DNA from: Giardia intestinalis
Lineage: Eukaryota
Length of the DNA: 64,000 nucleotides
Direction: 5' to 3' (one strand)
Assembly: GCA_000002435.2 (NCBI GenBank)
Contig: CM018793.1
Positions 8,801 through 23,800 of the stretch are shown here, one piece after another. The first letter of the stretch is position 1; each line of letters begins with the position of its first letter. A model generated the notes under the pieces. That model ran no database searches, was not told where the DNA came from, and worked only from the letters and a program-made list of their open reading frames with translations. Both the position numbers and the translations under genes were made by a program.

Positions 8801-11800
8801 ATGCAAATGCATCAAGCCCGTCACCCCCCGGCAATTCTCCCTGACATAGCGTGCGTTTCTGACCAAGCGCCCATAGGTGTGTCTTCACAGGCCGCCTACA
8901 ATACTGATTCTATGAACGTCGATATTCCTACTTCATTACAGCCAGGGAAACAGCTCCACATTGCTAAGCACAACAGTGTTCTCCACGCTAATATTGCTTT
9001 AATTACAATGATGCTCCAGGAAGCTGGCGCCAGTCCGGAGTTTATTCAGGAGCTGACAAGGTTGAAGCTTCCCCACGCTCGCAGAGAGCCATTTATCGAA
9101 ACCCACATAGATGGAGCTATGACTTCTATTTCCTCTATACTTCCACGACCCAGTGTTTTCGGATATAGCCTTGAGTTCTATGATAAATACGATGACCTTC
9201 TGCAGTTGTCTAATAGGGTTCTCAGTGGAGAAATCTTACATGCTACTATGTATAAGCGCGACATCAGCTCTGATAGTTCACACATCGATTTATCCAATTA
9301 CGCCGTCTATGAGGACTACTCTTTATTTCTAAAGCACTTAGAAACCACTTATGCTATTGAAAATGTCTGTGTTATTGGTTTTAATGAGTCTGAACGGAAG
9401 TTTCTTGTGGCACCAGAAAGTATTTTTGGTGATGGTTCAAATCCGCCTTCAGGAGAGACATTAAGAGGGTCAAGCTATTTGTGCGCTCGCCTTATGCTAA
9501 AGTTTTCTACTACTGACCATCCTTTAGACAGAGATTCTATCTTTTTTAAGCGACTTTTTGAGGCTCATAGGCTCAAGGCGACCGTCGAGCGCTCTTATAT
9601 TTTGCACACGTTTATTACTGCTCTTATTAAGTCTATCCAATACATCGACTCGTTCAGCAGGGGCGAGCTTGGCAGATCGATTACGAACATTCCTCTCTTA
9701 CCAATTATTAAGGCACTAAGATTGAGCCCTGCTCTTATTGCACGTACGGGTTGCGAGGTACAAATAATTCGTGGGATATCCCCTGGCCCAGAGTTTTTTG
9801 AAGATCTTCTCATTAAGTATTTTGCCAAGAACGTAACCATTCAGCAAATCCTAAAGAATAATGTCTTTTACCCGCTTTTAGACTCTCTTCTCACAGATGC
9901 AGAGGTGGACTACAAGCGTGTGCATATCCTTAATTCACTTGGACGCTGCCGTCTTCAAAATGCAGACCTCGACAGGTTTCTTCTAAAGTATGGTATTGAT
10001 AGGCAACTAACAGACTGCGAGTACTTTTTGAAATGTTACAATCATAAGCATGTGTATCCAGTTCTTCAACATAGTACTTCTCGCGGAGGCGTCATTAATA
10101 TGCGAACTGTGCTTGTTGGAACTTTCCCAATCACTGAGCGACAGGTTCATTATAGTGAGAACCAGTCAGCCCATCAGGAGCTCGCATTTAATAGCACCTC
10201 GGATACCCAAGCAACATTAGAGTCTATTGCTTGCCATAAGGAAGCATTTATGAAGGCACGTCTTCATCTAGAAAAACATCACTACTTTTACTCTACCTCT
10301 CTACAAGGTGCCATGTTTCGTTTCAGACTAGATTGTACAGATTTTTTTGGGAGCAATCTCGTGCTGTTTCATCCAATTGTCTTAGGAAGCTCAGCTTGCG
10401 ACTTTGTACGGCATGTCCTCGCATCTGGTGCCCTTGATTCGACGCAGAAGAGCTCTTTTTACTCAAAGATTCTAGACATTTCCGTATCCGACAAGCACTG
10501 CTTACGTAAACAAGACCATGAGATTGCGGATCTCTACCAAAACTTTCTTGAGGAACAGAAGACATTTCACGAAGATCTTCAAGCTACACATTCTCAAGAA
10601 CATGTCAATTTTCGCCGCTTTGGAGATGGAATCCTGTATTCCGATGGGCGTTACGAGTACTATGTGGGAAGACAGCGTATTTTACTGCCTGAAAGTATAA
10701 CTAGTGGCGATTATGTCAGTTGTATTAGAAACATTGCTGAGCATCAGCAGGCTATTTTTCGTCAGCGGGGAGAGAATGTCCTGTCAATTTCTCTCATACA
10801 TAGCGCCACTGATATAGATACCCATATTTACCGAGGCGAGAGCTTCAGTTTCTTTAGGGGCTGGAAGAGCCAATGTCTCTTTGACTCCTTGAATTCTTTT
10901 GTCACTACTATCTATGAAACCATCGACGCAATTTTTCTGCCCCGACTAGCACAGTATCTTTTTCCATTAATGGCTCTCCAGGAAGTAGAGCGTCGTCATG
11001 CCTCCAGAATCTGTGATGAAATTTTTACACAGGCCTTAACAGAAACAATCGATCACACATATGATTTGTTTCTTGAAGCATTAAAAGATAAGCGAAGAAC
11101 ACCTGACTTGAGCTTCATGAATCCAGATGGGTTTATAAACATAAGCTTAACGCAGCAGAAGCAGCAAGGGGGGTGTGGTAACACTTTGCAGCATGCCAAC
11201 GTTCCCCCAGCAGATACCTTACCTAATACTTATATGGATTCCTCTATTGCGACTAGCAAGCTACAAGCATCAATGCCACCCATACAGCTCAGTGACCTTG
11301 AAGTTGTGGGCAAGGATATTATTATTAGGAAGGGAAATAGAGCCTTTCTAGACCCACGAAATAACACGCTGACGCGGCTAGTTAAGGCTATTTTGTTTGA
11401 AATAGAAAAGCTGGCTAACAGAGGAATGAGTTTGTTGGAATATGGCGTTTTTAACTATGAGAATTGGCCCAAAGATGCACTACTCAAGTCATCTACCCCA
11501 ACGTTCCTTTACAACTCTAAGGAGAAGATCAAAGAGCTTATTCTCAATATGATTCACCTGGGTTTGCACAGCGCCGGTACGCTCCCGAAGTATTTGCTCG
11601 AAGTTCCTGTCACTTATCCCATGGATTCGGTCCCCTTGGTTGAAGTTGTTGTTCAGTTAGCTGTCAACCCTGTATCTTCTGACTACTCCGAGTCTATAGG
11701 GCTTTATGCATGTGCTTATGAGGAGACATCTAAAGCTGTTTCCAAATGGTATCAGCAAAACCTCTATCAGTTGGACCTCCTCTTTGAGCAAGTGGCTATC

Positions 11801-14800
11801 AGCTCATTTTTAAAAGAAAGCGAGATAGAAGATCAGCAGCAAGCATCTCCTACCGAGCTCCCAGAGAAGTACACTGTCTTAGAATGCTATAAGGATAAGT
11901 ACACAACAACAGGATATGGCACTAATAGATACCTCCGCAACGATACTGCCTTCCAAGTTTTCGAAAAGAATCCAGAGCCAGACCACAGTCGTACTGATCT
12001 TTCTGTAACATCAGTGACCCAAACAACCTGTCCCAGCGACAATCTTCAGAGCACAATGGCTGAACTGTTAGAAGAGACCATTATCACTGCTAATGATTGC
12101 TTTGTATCGGTTACTGATAGCACGCTACCACACTTTACTTTGGAGCCATCAAAATCAGAATTTATGACCAAGCTTTCTGGACTATTCGACTGTTACGATA
12201 CTTTTGCTTCGCAGTTTGTGTCATTCTATGATAGCATTTCTGTAGATCCAGAAAGGAAGCGCCTAAAACCGCCAGAGTATGCATATGGGTTTAGATATGT
12301 CAAAGAGAAGCGCCACACATGTCTCGACTATACAGAATATTGCTACCAACTGGCCGAAGTTGTTCTAGAGATTTGCAACATAATTTGCTCCGCTATCTTC
12401 AATCGAACGTTGGATGCTAAATTGAAAATGTGGGCAGACATCATCTCCAATGCCATGGACCTTCCCTACTATAACCTGTATCACTCCACAAGCGAAACCA
12501 GCATTGAAGACTTTGACTATGTTCCGTTGCGACCTGTGGGCGTCACATCTTCTTCATCTAATGTTGTGGATAAGAAGGATCATCAATTTGAGGAAGTTGA
12601 CCTTGATATTATCCGAGAAATAACAAGTCCTCTTCAGATCCAAGAGCTTTCGCGAAAGGTGCGTAAAGGTCAGATAGATGTCACAGATAATTTCTTGCAT
12701 AAAATCAAAGCATACTATTATACATCAGAGTATTGGGCAACAGTGAAAAGCACCTTTGATGATAGAATGAGCATCAATGCGTTTCTGAGTCTTGTTGGAA
12801 AAAAATCTGAGGCAACCATGAAAAGAACGGAAGTGCAGGAGCTTATTTCTACCGAGGTTGTTAAAGCTATTATTTATTACCGCAGCATGCAGATACTGGT
12901 CCAAGAGCATCTTTTCCCAGATACTATACGTTACGGATTTATTTGTATCACAACGACGCCAGCTAAGCAGGCAATGGAGCACCGTATTAGTGCAATCCTA
13001 TGTGCATTAGGATCGATTGTAACTGCTCGTGCATGGACACTAATAGAGTATAGCAATAAGATTCTTCAAGCAATACAGATTCAATGTTCGTATACCCCAT
13101 CTGTACCAGTAGAGTGGTATATGCTTAGAAGGTTTGTTAAGTTCTACATAAAGCCGCTTCAGCACTTGATACATGATTTGAACAACGAGGCAGTATCGTA
13201 CTTGAATAACATTCTTACTGTGCTACCTCTAAAGGAGCTTGCCCATATTAAGCCACAGTTTGATCTCAGAATTCATTTAGAAGACCCAGAAAACTGGGCA
13301 GCGGTCATTAAGCGACTGTCTGATCCCGCAGCTGGGGTGCCAGATGAATCAAGGTATGAGTCAGACGTTATCTCCATGGCTAGGACAACACAGTTTTCAT
13401 GGATATTTAATAGGTTTATTGGGCTACGCATGCACACAGATGCGATCTATCATCCATACAAACTGGCGTCTCATCTTTATTCTAGTAGGTCGCCCTTTGG
13501 TCTGAATAAGCTAATTACACAGTCTCTTATTCCATCTACTGAGGGAATCATATCCCAGAGCAAGTACGATCTTCTTATGAACTTGGAGGCGCATCGTGAG
13601 GATCTTACCAAAAGACAGAGTGATCTCCTTGAGCGAGTCGAGGCATTCAGCAAACGAATCCCCGCTCACTTCAATTTTAATGAGGCGAGCCAAGACGTTA
13701 GCTACAAATTCTTTAAGGACGGAGAGGCCCTGCAAGCTGAGCTAGCAAATCTACAACAAGAATCATTGAACTTTATTAATGACGAAATTAGCCTAGAACT
13801 GGCTCCAGGCACATTTCCAGTTATTGATTTGCTCCAGCCCCGCATAGATATGATCCACAGATTCTGGACAATAACGTATGAGCATTGCACAATTCTTCCA
13901 GTTTGGTTTGACTGCCTTCTCTCTGACCTCGCAGCCAAGTATTCTGGAAGACTAAACGAGTTCAAAGAAACAGTTTTTAACAAATATGTCCAGGTTGCAG
14001 ATGTTTTAAGTCTCATTCAAACTGCAGCCCGCAAGGAAAAGTCTAAGACCATGCTTGCAAGCTTAGCAAATGGTGAGAAAATACTTCTAAAGGTGCAGTC
14101 CCACTTAGCGTGGTTTAAACACTACTCCCCTGTCATCGTCGCCCTTTTATCACCGGCACTAAAACGTCGCCACCTAGACCAACTGCGAACGAAAGGAATC
14201 TTTCTAAATCTAGCAGAGCATACTGTTTCCAAATTAGTAGAGCGCAAAGTCTTTCTGGATCTCTCAGAACCTAGCATTCAAGATAAGGGCTTTTCACACA
14301 GAGCAAAACTTATTCTAGAAGTCATAGAACACGCGCAAAAAGAGCACGATATTGAGCTTTCGTTTGGAAAGATTGAAGCAATCTGGAAGACAGTTTCTTT
14401 TGAATTTAAAGTTTTGTCAGGAGATCGCTACAAAAGCTACTCAGCACTTTATTCCACACACAGAGCAGATGTACACAATGTGCCGGCCGTGCATCCACTT
14501 TCGATTGCAAAGGCCAAGGTTCTGGATGAACATGGCCGCGAGCTTTGCCTGAACTTATCCACCAGTGGCTCTAATGACCGTGTACATTCCCAGTTAGACC
14601 TCGAAAAGCGCCCTTATGTGATATCAAATCTGGGATTTATCTTACAATTATATCAAGATCATTTTCTCTTGACCAACAAGCTTTTGCAATCACAACACGT
14701 CACCCCAATGCAACGCGTGATCCAACAGTTTACTGAGAAGCAGCTTATCGTCAAGGAAATCCTTCTATTGATACAGGACATTCAGGATAGCTGGCTTCGA

Positions 14801-17800
14801 CTGTATCCCATCTACGTTGGCAAGTACACGGAGTTCTTTGGCCACAGAGCCACTGAGTTTATCAATCTTACAATCTGCATGCAAACAGTGTTTTTAGGGT
14901 TTATCAATAATTGCAACGTGCAAGGCAATATAACGATCGCCGGGAATCTCAACCAAGTAGATAAGCAAATCGAATTGGGGTTAAGGGATGGCACAATAAA
15001 GTTTTCAGAGGTGCCGCCCAATCAGCTCCTGACGCCTCTTCTTTTTTACTACAAGGCGTTTCTGGATCACTTGAATGCGCGTATGTACTCTCTTGTGGAC
15101 ACTAAGCGCCAAGGATTTTTTAGGTTCACTTTTATGAATACTAATGAAATTGTCAAAATACTCTCTGCTTTACCTGGAAGCGCAGACGCTGTCCTTACTC
15201 CGCTTCTTCATCTATACAGCCTTTCTGACTATTCAATAGAGAAACACAACGAACAGCTTTTACTAACTACTGTTTTCTCAAAAAGTGGTGAGACCATCCG
15301 ACTAGCGGACCCTGTAGATGTCACAAAAGAAGTAGATGTGTGGCTGACCACCTTTGATGATGTGTTCCGCAAAACTATGCGCAAGCTCTTTTATGACCTG
15401 TATGTCGATGTTTTTGTTGATAAGATGGAGCCCAGTGTGGCCTTTCTCAAGTACCCTTCCTGTACCGTTGGGCTGTTTCTTAGGGTCGAGTTCACGCATC
15501 AAATGGACGCGATCTTTGCACAAACAGTTTCGGAGCTAGACACACATCATATGATACTAAGCCTCCTCGATGACATCAACCATAGAATCGTCTTTTTCAA
15601 GCAGCAATTTCTCGCCTGTTCTAACAAGCTCCTCTATAACAACATTCTTGTTGAATTGATGTACTTCAGTAATATCGTCTCAACTATATGCAAGCATCCT
15701 TTGGCTAGGGATAAGAGATTTATCTATTACAGAATCTATAAGTATCGTATTGTTCCCCTCGCTGATGATGCAATTAGTCTTTTGACCAAGACGCTGAGCG
15801 CACTAGGTGATAGCTCTATCAACTCACTCGGCAGTACGTCTCCAGATCAGGATCTGCTTCTCTCTACCAAGGTCATTCACAGAGATATGAATCCATCAGA
15901 CTTTGATGTCCAGATTTCGTGCCTTGGAAACTCCATGCTTTACCGATTCGACTATATTCCGCCCACCACTAGATCGATAGTGACAGAACCAGTTGACCAA
16001 GCAGCTACGTTTATCTTTTCGGCATTTGCTTCGCGATCTGTTGGGGGTTATATCAAGGGAGAGACTGGGAAGACTGAGGCTGTCAAGCACATCGCCTATT
16101 GCCTCGGCTACAAGCCATATATTATCAATCCGACGTATACTGTCCATTTTTCTGAGACTACACTTCACCATATGATGCTCACAGCATGCGCTTTCGGCCT
16201 TTTGATATGCTTTGAGGATGTAGAGAAATTCACAAGTTCGTTGCTAATTACGCTCTCGCGAAATTTGGGTCAGGTATATGGCATTCTTAATTCGTATACA
16301 TCAATTCAAACACTGGCAAACTGTGCTTCCTTACTCCATGACAGCAGTAACCACATGAAGATAGCATTGCCGGCGGAGAATCCAGTCGGTGAAGTGTTCT
16401 TGCATCCTTCTGCGATCTTCTTCCTGACAACCAACACACCGCTTCCACATAGTTTCAATAGGGTTGTTAAACCCTTTAAGTGTCATCTCACAGAGTCTGC
16501 AATCTATCACATAATCCGAACATACATGGATATCGCAGGCCTTACAGAAATTGAATCCGTAACATCACAACTCATGCACATCATGGGAGCTATTAAGCGT
16601 CTTTTTGCCCCATTTTTCGGCCTTAGACATATCAAAGACATTATCAGCGAGATGCTTCTTCTCTCTCAATATACAGGAAGACCCATCAAGAAGGCATTCG
16701 CTGAGCAACCTGCTGCATCTCATTCTGATAATAGTAATGTCACCAATGAAAGGGCCAACACAGGACGTGCAGAACCTACTCTGGAACAGCGAGAACCTAT
16801 CATCAGTGCATCCAAGTTAGTCAACTTAGCAATCAGAACAGTAGTCAGTCCTCTTTTAGCACCAGCTCATCGTGTGCCTTTTTATAACATGCTTGATGCA
16901 GAGTTTGGGGCGATAGCCCTCCCACCCATTACTGAGACGCTGCTGGATGCCGTGAGAGAGATATACATGGACCCGGCATTTTGTCAATCCGTTTATAGAG
17001 AGACAGGCTTAGTTTGTCCTTGCAGTGATCTGGATATTTATGCACAGTCTATCCTTTATACCAACAGTTCTGTCTATCAGGCAGCTCAGACAGAGTTTAT
17101 AACAGACATTAAGTCCTTCATAGAAGTTATAGACCACAATTACGGAACAGTTGTGGTTGGAAACCATCTTTCCGGCAAGACGAGCTTTATCACAATCTGT
17201 TCACAAGTATACGCAAAGCTTTGCGACTATGTTGTTAACTTGCGATTTATTAACTTTTCAAGCATATCTTATCATGAGTTTTTTGGATACTATTCTTTTA
17301 GTGACTGGATTGATGGGATTATTGCTCGCCTTGTTTCTCGTGCGGAGCTGCACGGTTCAAACGAAGTGTCATGGATTATTTGTGACGGTGTGGGAAAGAT
17401 GGATCACCTGGGAAGTATATTGAATGGCACGATGTTCCTACCAAACGGCGAAATTTTACGTTTACCGTCGAACATGAAGTTCATTTTTGAAGTGACCAAT
17501 CTTATGCTGGTTCCAGAAATATTTAGTGCTAAATGCGGATTGTACCAACTGGGAAGACATGACTACACCGAAGGTTACTTACGAAAGCTCGCTTACTCGC
17601 CCATAGTGACAGGCGAGTCAACCTTGAACCCTCTTGAGATGCGTTTGCATGCTGCCTTGCAAGAATCACTTGGGGAGATACCGCGTCCCCGTGGAATTAC
17701 CCTTTATACAGAGGAATCGCTGGATGGCAGCGAAGAGTTCGATTCCTCTCTTAAGCCCTGTGCATCCGAAATTATACTTACTCGGCTTCGTCAGCTGGTG

Positions 17801-20800
17801 CCTCTAGTTAATCTTATTGGCCAGGCAATCATGTACAATGCAGTGCCAGGAAAGGTTTATCGATTCTATAACATTAATCTTACGCACCAGCATAGTGGAA
17901 ACTGCTTGTTCACATTCACGAGCCTTCCGTGTATCCTTGATATGTATTATAAGGTTTTGATATCATCTCTCGTTACCTGGGCGCGACTCACAACGCAACC
18001 TGAGAGACTGACAGAACTTGTCGATATATGTACGGTCTATTCTATTTATAACTCTTTTGGGCTCGTCCTTGTGACGGTAGAGGCCAGGCAATGGTTTGAC
18101 TGGTTTGTGCGGCTGGTATTTAAGCTTGTCTCCGACCACTCGCGGTCATTAACGGAGAGCGAGGTTATTTTTATCCAGCGACATATAAAGGAGATCTTCT
18201 CGGATGACATTATTTCGACTCTTCGCTCTCTCTCCAAGTCTGACAGCTTCAAGCCGAAACTAACCAGCATAGTATGCAACTCGCTACAACTACCGAGCAC
18301 TATCAATATGCCCACAAGTACTGATGTACTTGAAGAGTACATCTTTCGAATACCTTTGCATCAACTCTTCTTTGAAATGCTTTTTGACCCCAAACAATTC
18401 TGCTTTGTGAGCTCATATGATGTCCTTTCTCTTGGCGCACCAGAGTACCTATCCAAGGTTTACTCTCTGAAGTATAATACATATGAAGTTAAGCCATCGT
18501 CTGGTGCGCTTAGATACTATATTTTGGCAACTATGCTTCTCACGTGCGGATATACACTAACAATTCTCGGTAACACGTGTTCCGGAAAATCGTCCTTTGT
18601 ACGTAATCTGTTTATGATGAATCCTTTTCACTTTAGAAATGACTTCCATATTCTCCACATTTCTTCTCTCTCGGAGCAAAATGACCCTGACGTTGCAACC
18701 GTAAACATAAAGAAGCTTGTTAAGTCTAAGCTAAACATGTACACCTCATCCTTCTATGCCCCGTATCCTGGCGCCTGCACCTACCTGATATTTGAAGACG
18801 CAGAGGTGATGCCCGCTGCCTGGTTGGAGGTTGCTCGTGAATATCAACAAAATCAATCCATCTACGATAATAGGACCTATACCATTCTAAAAGATGTGGT
18901 CTTCCTGTTCGTCACTAAGTTTTCTAATGATTTTAGAATTGATGAGCGTTACCTCAAGACCTCCTTCTTCTTACCGTTCTACGATGTCACGGCAGATGAG
19001 ATGCGGCAGATCATTTCCTTCAAGATGAAACTACCGGATCCGCGGCTCACAGAAAAGCTTGTGCTCTGCTCGTATGATCTTCTCCACGAAGTCAATGCTT
19101 ATTTAATAGGCGGCTATTCTACTACAACCGGTACCACTTGCCTCACTACTACTGCGACATTCGCTCCGTTAGTATCGTCCAGGGGAAGCTGTGATCCGGC
19201 GCCTCTTGTTACACTGGAAGTTCTTCTTAATATATCTGACCAGATTGCCAAGTTCATCAAGCAACTCCCCAAGGATATTGACCAAATGACAATAGTCAAG
19301 CTATGGATTCACGAAACGTTCCGCGAATTCACAGATAGTCGTAGCAGAGTATTCTATCGGACATTTACCAGCATTATTTACACCCTTGTACAAAAGCACT
19401 TTGATAGTGAGGTAGCCTCTCGCCTTATTGTTCCTCTTGATGATCAGCATGCAGAAATCTTCGACATCCTAATGAACAAACTTAAAGCCAAGTCGCGAAC
19501 TTTGAGCACTACAGGTTCTTTTATGCTGAACGATCCTGTGAGCTTAAAGGGCCATAATCCTATAGGCCTTCCTGCTATTCAGGAGATTTCTACATCTGAT
19601 GAAGCTGGTTCCGAAAATGAGCATGATGACTTAGAGCAAACTGACGAGAATAACTCTCACTTTGTGCCATTGAATCCAGATGCTTCAGACTTTAATACCA
19701 ATAATAGACTTCAGCTAGAAAAGCGCCATGTTTCTGCGCTGCCCATGTTTACTTATACATTCAATGCTAGTGCCATAAGGCAAGGCTATCAGGATGAAAG
19801 TATTGAGGACTTTGCGTCACGTGCCAGTCTACTGGACGAGCAACATGCACATGAGGACAGTGGTGACTTACCTGCTCTTGTCTCCCTATTAAGGTACACA
19901 GAAGTGACTATGAATGATATGAGCAAAGCCATAGAAGATGCTGATAACGACGACCATGAAGTTGAGGCTCCTGCAAATGGTAAAGGCGAAATCTTAATTC
20001 ACCACGCCAAGCGCAATAGTTGTTTCGTTACGTCTACACAGACTCTGCTTAGTGTGCAACGCATTTCTAGGATTATTGGAACACGGAGTTGTGCAATTAT
20101 TGGAATGGATGGAACTGGCCGGTCCACGTGCCTCCGTCAAGCGGCAGACAACCTCAGGATGGTTATCATCGAATTCGATCCCTTGGTATCCACGTGGACG
20201 AACTTTATTATCAATGCACTCACAAGATCAGTCTTCATGGAACGACTTGTAATCCAACTAAACCAGGAAGATCTGGATTCGCCCGAGATTCTAGAAGACC
20301 TAGAAATGTATTTTTCGACAGGGCTCGTCCATAGAATAGTTGACACAGATGAAAAGATTACCTCTCTTGCTGACTACATCAAGGAGATGCACATGGACCT
20401 TTACGGAACACTAATTGAAGCAGCTCATACGGGAGCCAATGACCTTTTAATTATGTATCGTCGGATACTTGCAGAACGCGTTCGGTTTTCTCTGATACTG
20501 AAGGAGGACTATTACCATATGCTTGCAACTGCATACCCAGTGTTCTTTAAGAATCTTGGGGTGCTAATGTTTGACTATCTTGATAACTCAACTATGGCAG
20601 TTATTGTAACGAAACTCATTCCAGATCTGAAGCCAGAGAAGTTCCTCTTGGATCACGTGATTTCAAAGCTCCACCATATAGGATACGTGGCAATGCTCGC
20701 CTCTAAGGGCAAAAATCGCGGCTGCAACTTCACTAAGCTCTTTGTTAACTTGACGCTGGCCTATTTCTCCCACCACAACAGCTACAAGGAGAAGCTAGCT

Positions 20801-23800
20801 GAGAAGCGTAACTTGTGCTCTATGTCCCTTGAACTATATAATATCATGGGCGTGATGCTGGATGTAACAAGCAAGAAAGAAGTCGGTACGAAAGAGCAAT
20901 CTAAAGCGCTGGAGCAAAAGATAGAAGAAATTGGAGCCCAGTTGAAGGAGGCTATCCTGCGCCAAGCAGAGGCCTCCCAAATGGTAGCGCAAGCTGCTGA
21001 GAAGGTGGCCTATGCTAACAAGCAGATCCACGACTGTTCTTTAAAAGTTGATAGTATTCTGAAACCCTATATGGGGTCAGTGGAGCTTTCTCATCAATAC
21101 TTGCTGAAGCTATCGGCAAAAGAGCTAGGAGCATTTAAGACCTTGACGAGGCCGAATGAAGTCACACAACTTATCTTCAAGGTCATCTATCTGCTGATGG
21201 AAAATACTATTCCAGAAGGCGCTACACTCTATTCCTATTGGATTCCGTGCAGAAAGATAGTGGCAGCGAACGATTTTATTGATCGTGCGATTAATTTAGA
21301 CACAGCTGCGCTCAAGTCGGACATAGTTGATGAGATTCTTTCTTCTATCACATCATCGTCATTCACAGCAGATGCCGCATCGAAAACAAGTGCAACAATG
21401 GGAAATCTTATGGCGTGGTGCAGCTCTGTATGCAAACTTGTCGCAGCCCAGAAGGAGGCTGCTCCTCTGCAGTCACAACTAGATCAACTTCGACAGAACG
21501 GAGCGGATGCTGTATCGTCACAGCAGGTACTAAAGTCACAGCAGGAGCTTGCTGATAAGACAGTTGTACAATTACGTGACTCTATCACACGATGCAAACT
21601 AGAAATAGAAACATTAGGCAAGACGGGCGAGATAATTAGTGAGCGCACTCGCAGAATCAATCTTTTCCTTGGTGCTTTTGCAGACTTGAAGAAGCACTGG
21701 GAGACGGTGACAGAGGATAAAGACTATATGCGCACCACTATCGGAGACAGCTTACTAATCTGTTCGCTAATTAATTACACTGGTTCAATGTCACTACTCG
21801 CAAAGCTAGACTTTTTACTTAAGTGCAAGCAAATTTTAAGTGCTAATGGAATAGCCTATACAGGAAGTGAAATCGACATCGAAAAGGGACACACATACGA
21901 TATGTCAGATCCAGAGGTAGTTGCGTCCCAAGTCCTCGGACTCAAGAGACTGCTTATTACAGAGGAAGAGGAAATGCAGCTAGTATGCCGGGGGCTCAGA
22001 GCAGATGATAATATGATAATTAGTGCTCAGACGATCGACTTTGTTGTCAATGATTTTCAATGCTATCCACTAATTCACGATCCCCACGAATTTCTGCTTC
22101 CATGGCTGAGTGCATTTTCAACCAATTCTCTTAGGGCAAAGCATCTCCTAGCCGGCTTGGCTTCTGCAGCCATTGATGGAAAAATTGGCGATCAAGAGTC
22201 CATACCGGAAACAGTGTTTCTTAACTCGAGTTCCCGAGACTTCTTCGTTAACCTAAGGGCTCATCTTGTCAAAGGCTCTGTCGTTATAGTCCAACTGGCT
22301 CCTTCGTTCGATCAGGCACGAATATCAGGGATTGCAGAGTTACTTTCTCACATGACAGATACTCATACAAAAATTGTTTTCTACAATACTCAGAAAGCCA
22401 ACGATAGTTTCCAGACTTTGTTCAGTAAAAACAAAGCCATCAGAGATTATATATACACGGTCGACATTACATCCTACGATCAACGAAACTATATATTGCT
22501 ACGCCTATCTTCTATCTGCAACCCAGAGATAGATTCGTCTATGGTGAAGCTCTGTGGGGAGTACCTATCTCTTTACACTTCTCGTGATCAAGTCGTCGCC
22601 CCTCGCTTGTACCAAATGATCAAGCATGTTCATACGTCAATGAAAGATCCAGCGATTGGCGAGCTAATACTCGACGATGTGCAGTACTTCGATAAAATGC
22701 TGAGTAGTCTAGAGCAATATCAGATTCAAAGTAGCAATCTTGCGAAACTGATGCGCAGGGTTCAAGAAAAAGAGGTCCAACGCCAGGAATACAGCATTCT
22801 GGCCAGTTGCGCTAGCCATCTTCGCAATATAACAGATCGTTTGACTGACCGCGCTCTGTTTTATCAATATAACTTTGAGAAGGTATTTGGTTTGATTGAG
22901 TCAACTGCAAATCAGTATATGGAGCAACACAGCACCCAGTTAGTACCGCCAGAGGCTGCAGAAGTGTTGATTTACGAGGCAATTTACCTGCTCATTGCAC
23001 CCAGTCTTCACACGAATGAGAAACTTCTTTTCGAGCTCAATATGGCGCTTGTAAAAGAACTTGAGGGAAAACTTTCTGGTTTGCGGCACGATATTTCATC
23101 CAATGATGTTTTGAAGATAATTATCAAAAGCGGAAGTCTCTTGGATCTGGCATTGGATGCGGGTGAAAATCTTCCGCCGAACAAATCGCTTAAAATTACC
23201 GATAGTGCCCTTCAAGCCATATCACGATTAGAGGATGGCTCTGCTTTTGGCCCATATCTGAGTGGTATCTGCAAACATATTCATGATCACCCAGATGCGT
23301 GGGACAAGGCGCTGGATACGATACGCGCTATCGGCAACACTGATCTAGAAGCATACAATCCAGACGTCATCCGGTGTTTTCCATCCTACAGCGTAACTGC
23401 AAAGACGATGCCACTTGCAATCTGGCTGGTTATAACTTATCACCTAGACAAGAGCAAATTCATTGCCGTCGCGAAGTCGTATATTATCAACGTTTTGCCA
23501 TTTGCAAAGACAAACAGGATAAAAGACCACATTATAGATCTTAGACTCAACGGTGAACGAGACTGGAAGCCGTATTTACTCCTTCAGACAGACCCTCAGA
23601 TGATTTTGGACATAGAGCATTTGGCGCGAGCTAGGAATATACATATAACAATGCTTCTTGAAAAGCAGAAGTTGATCGAGTTATGCACTACTAGGACTTG
23701 GGTCCTGCTTCCAGATATTCAGTTTCATGATGATCATGAGTTGCGCTGCCTTATCCTAATGGAGCTACCAGCCATCCATGCCAGCGGCGGCATGCATAGA

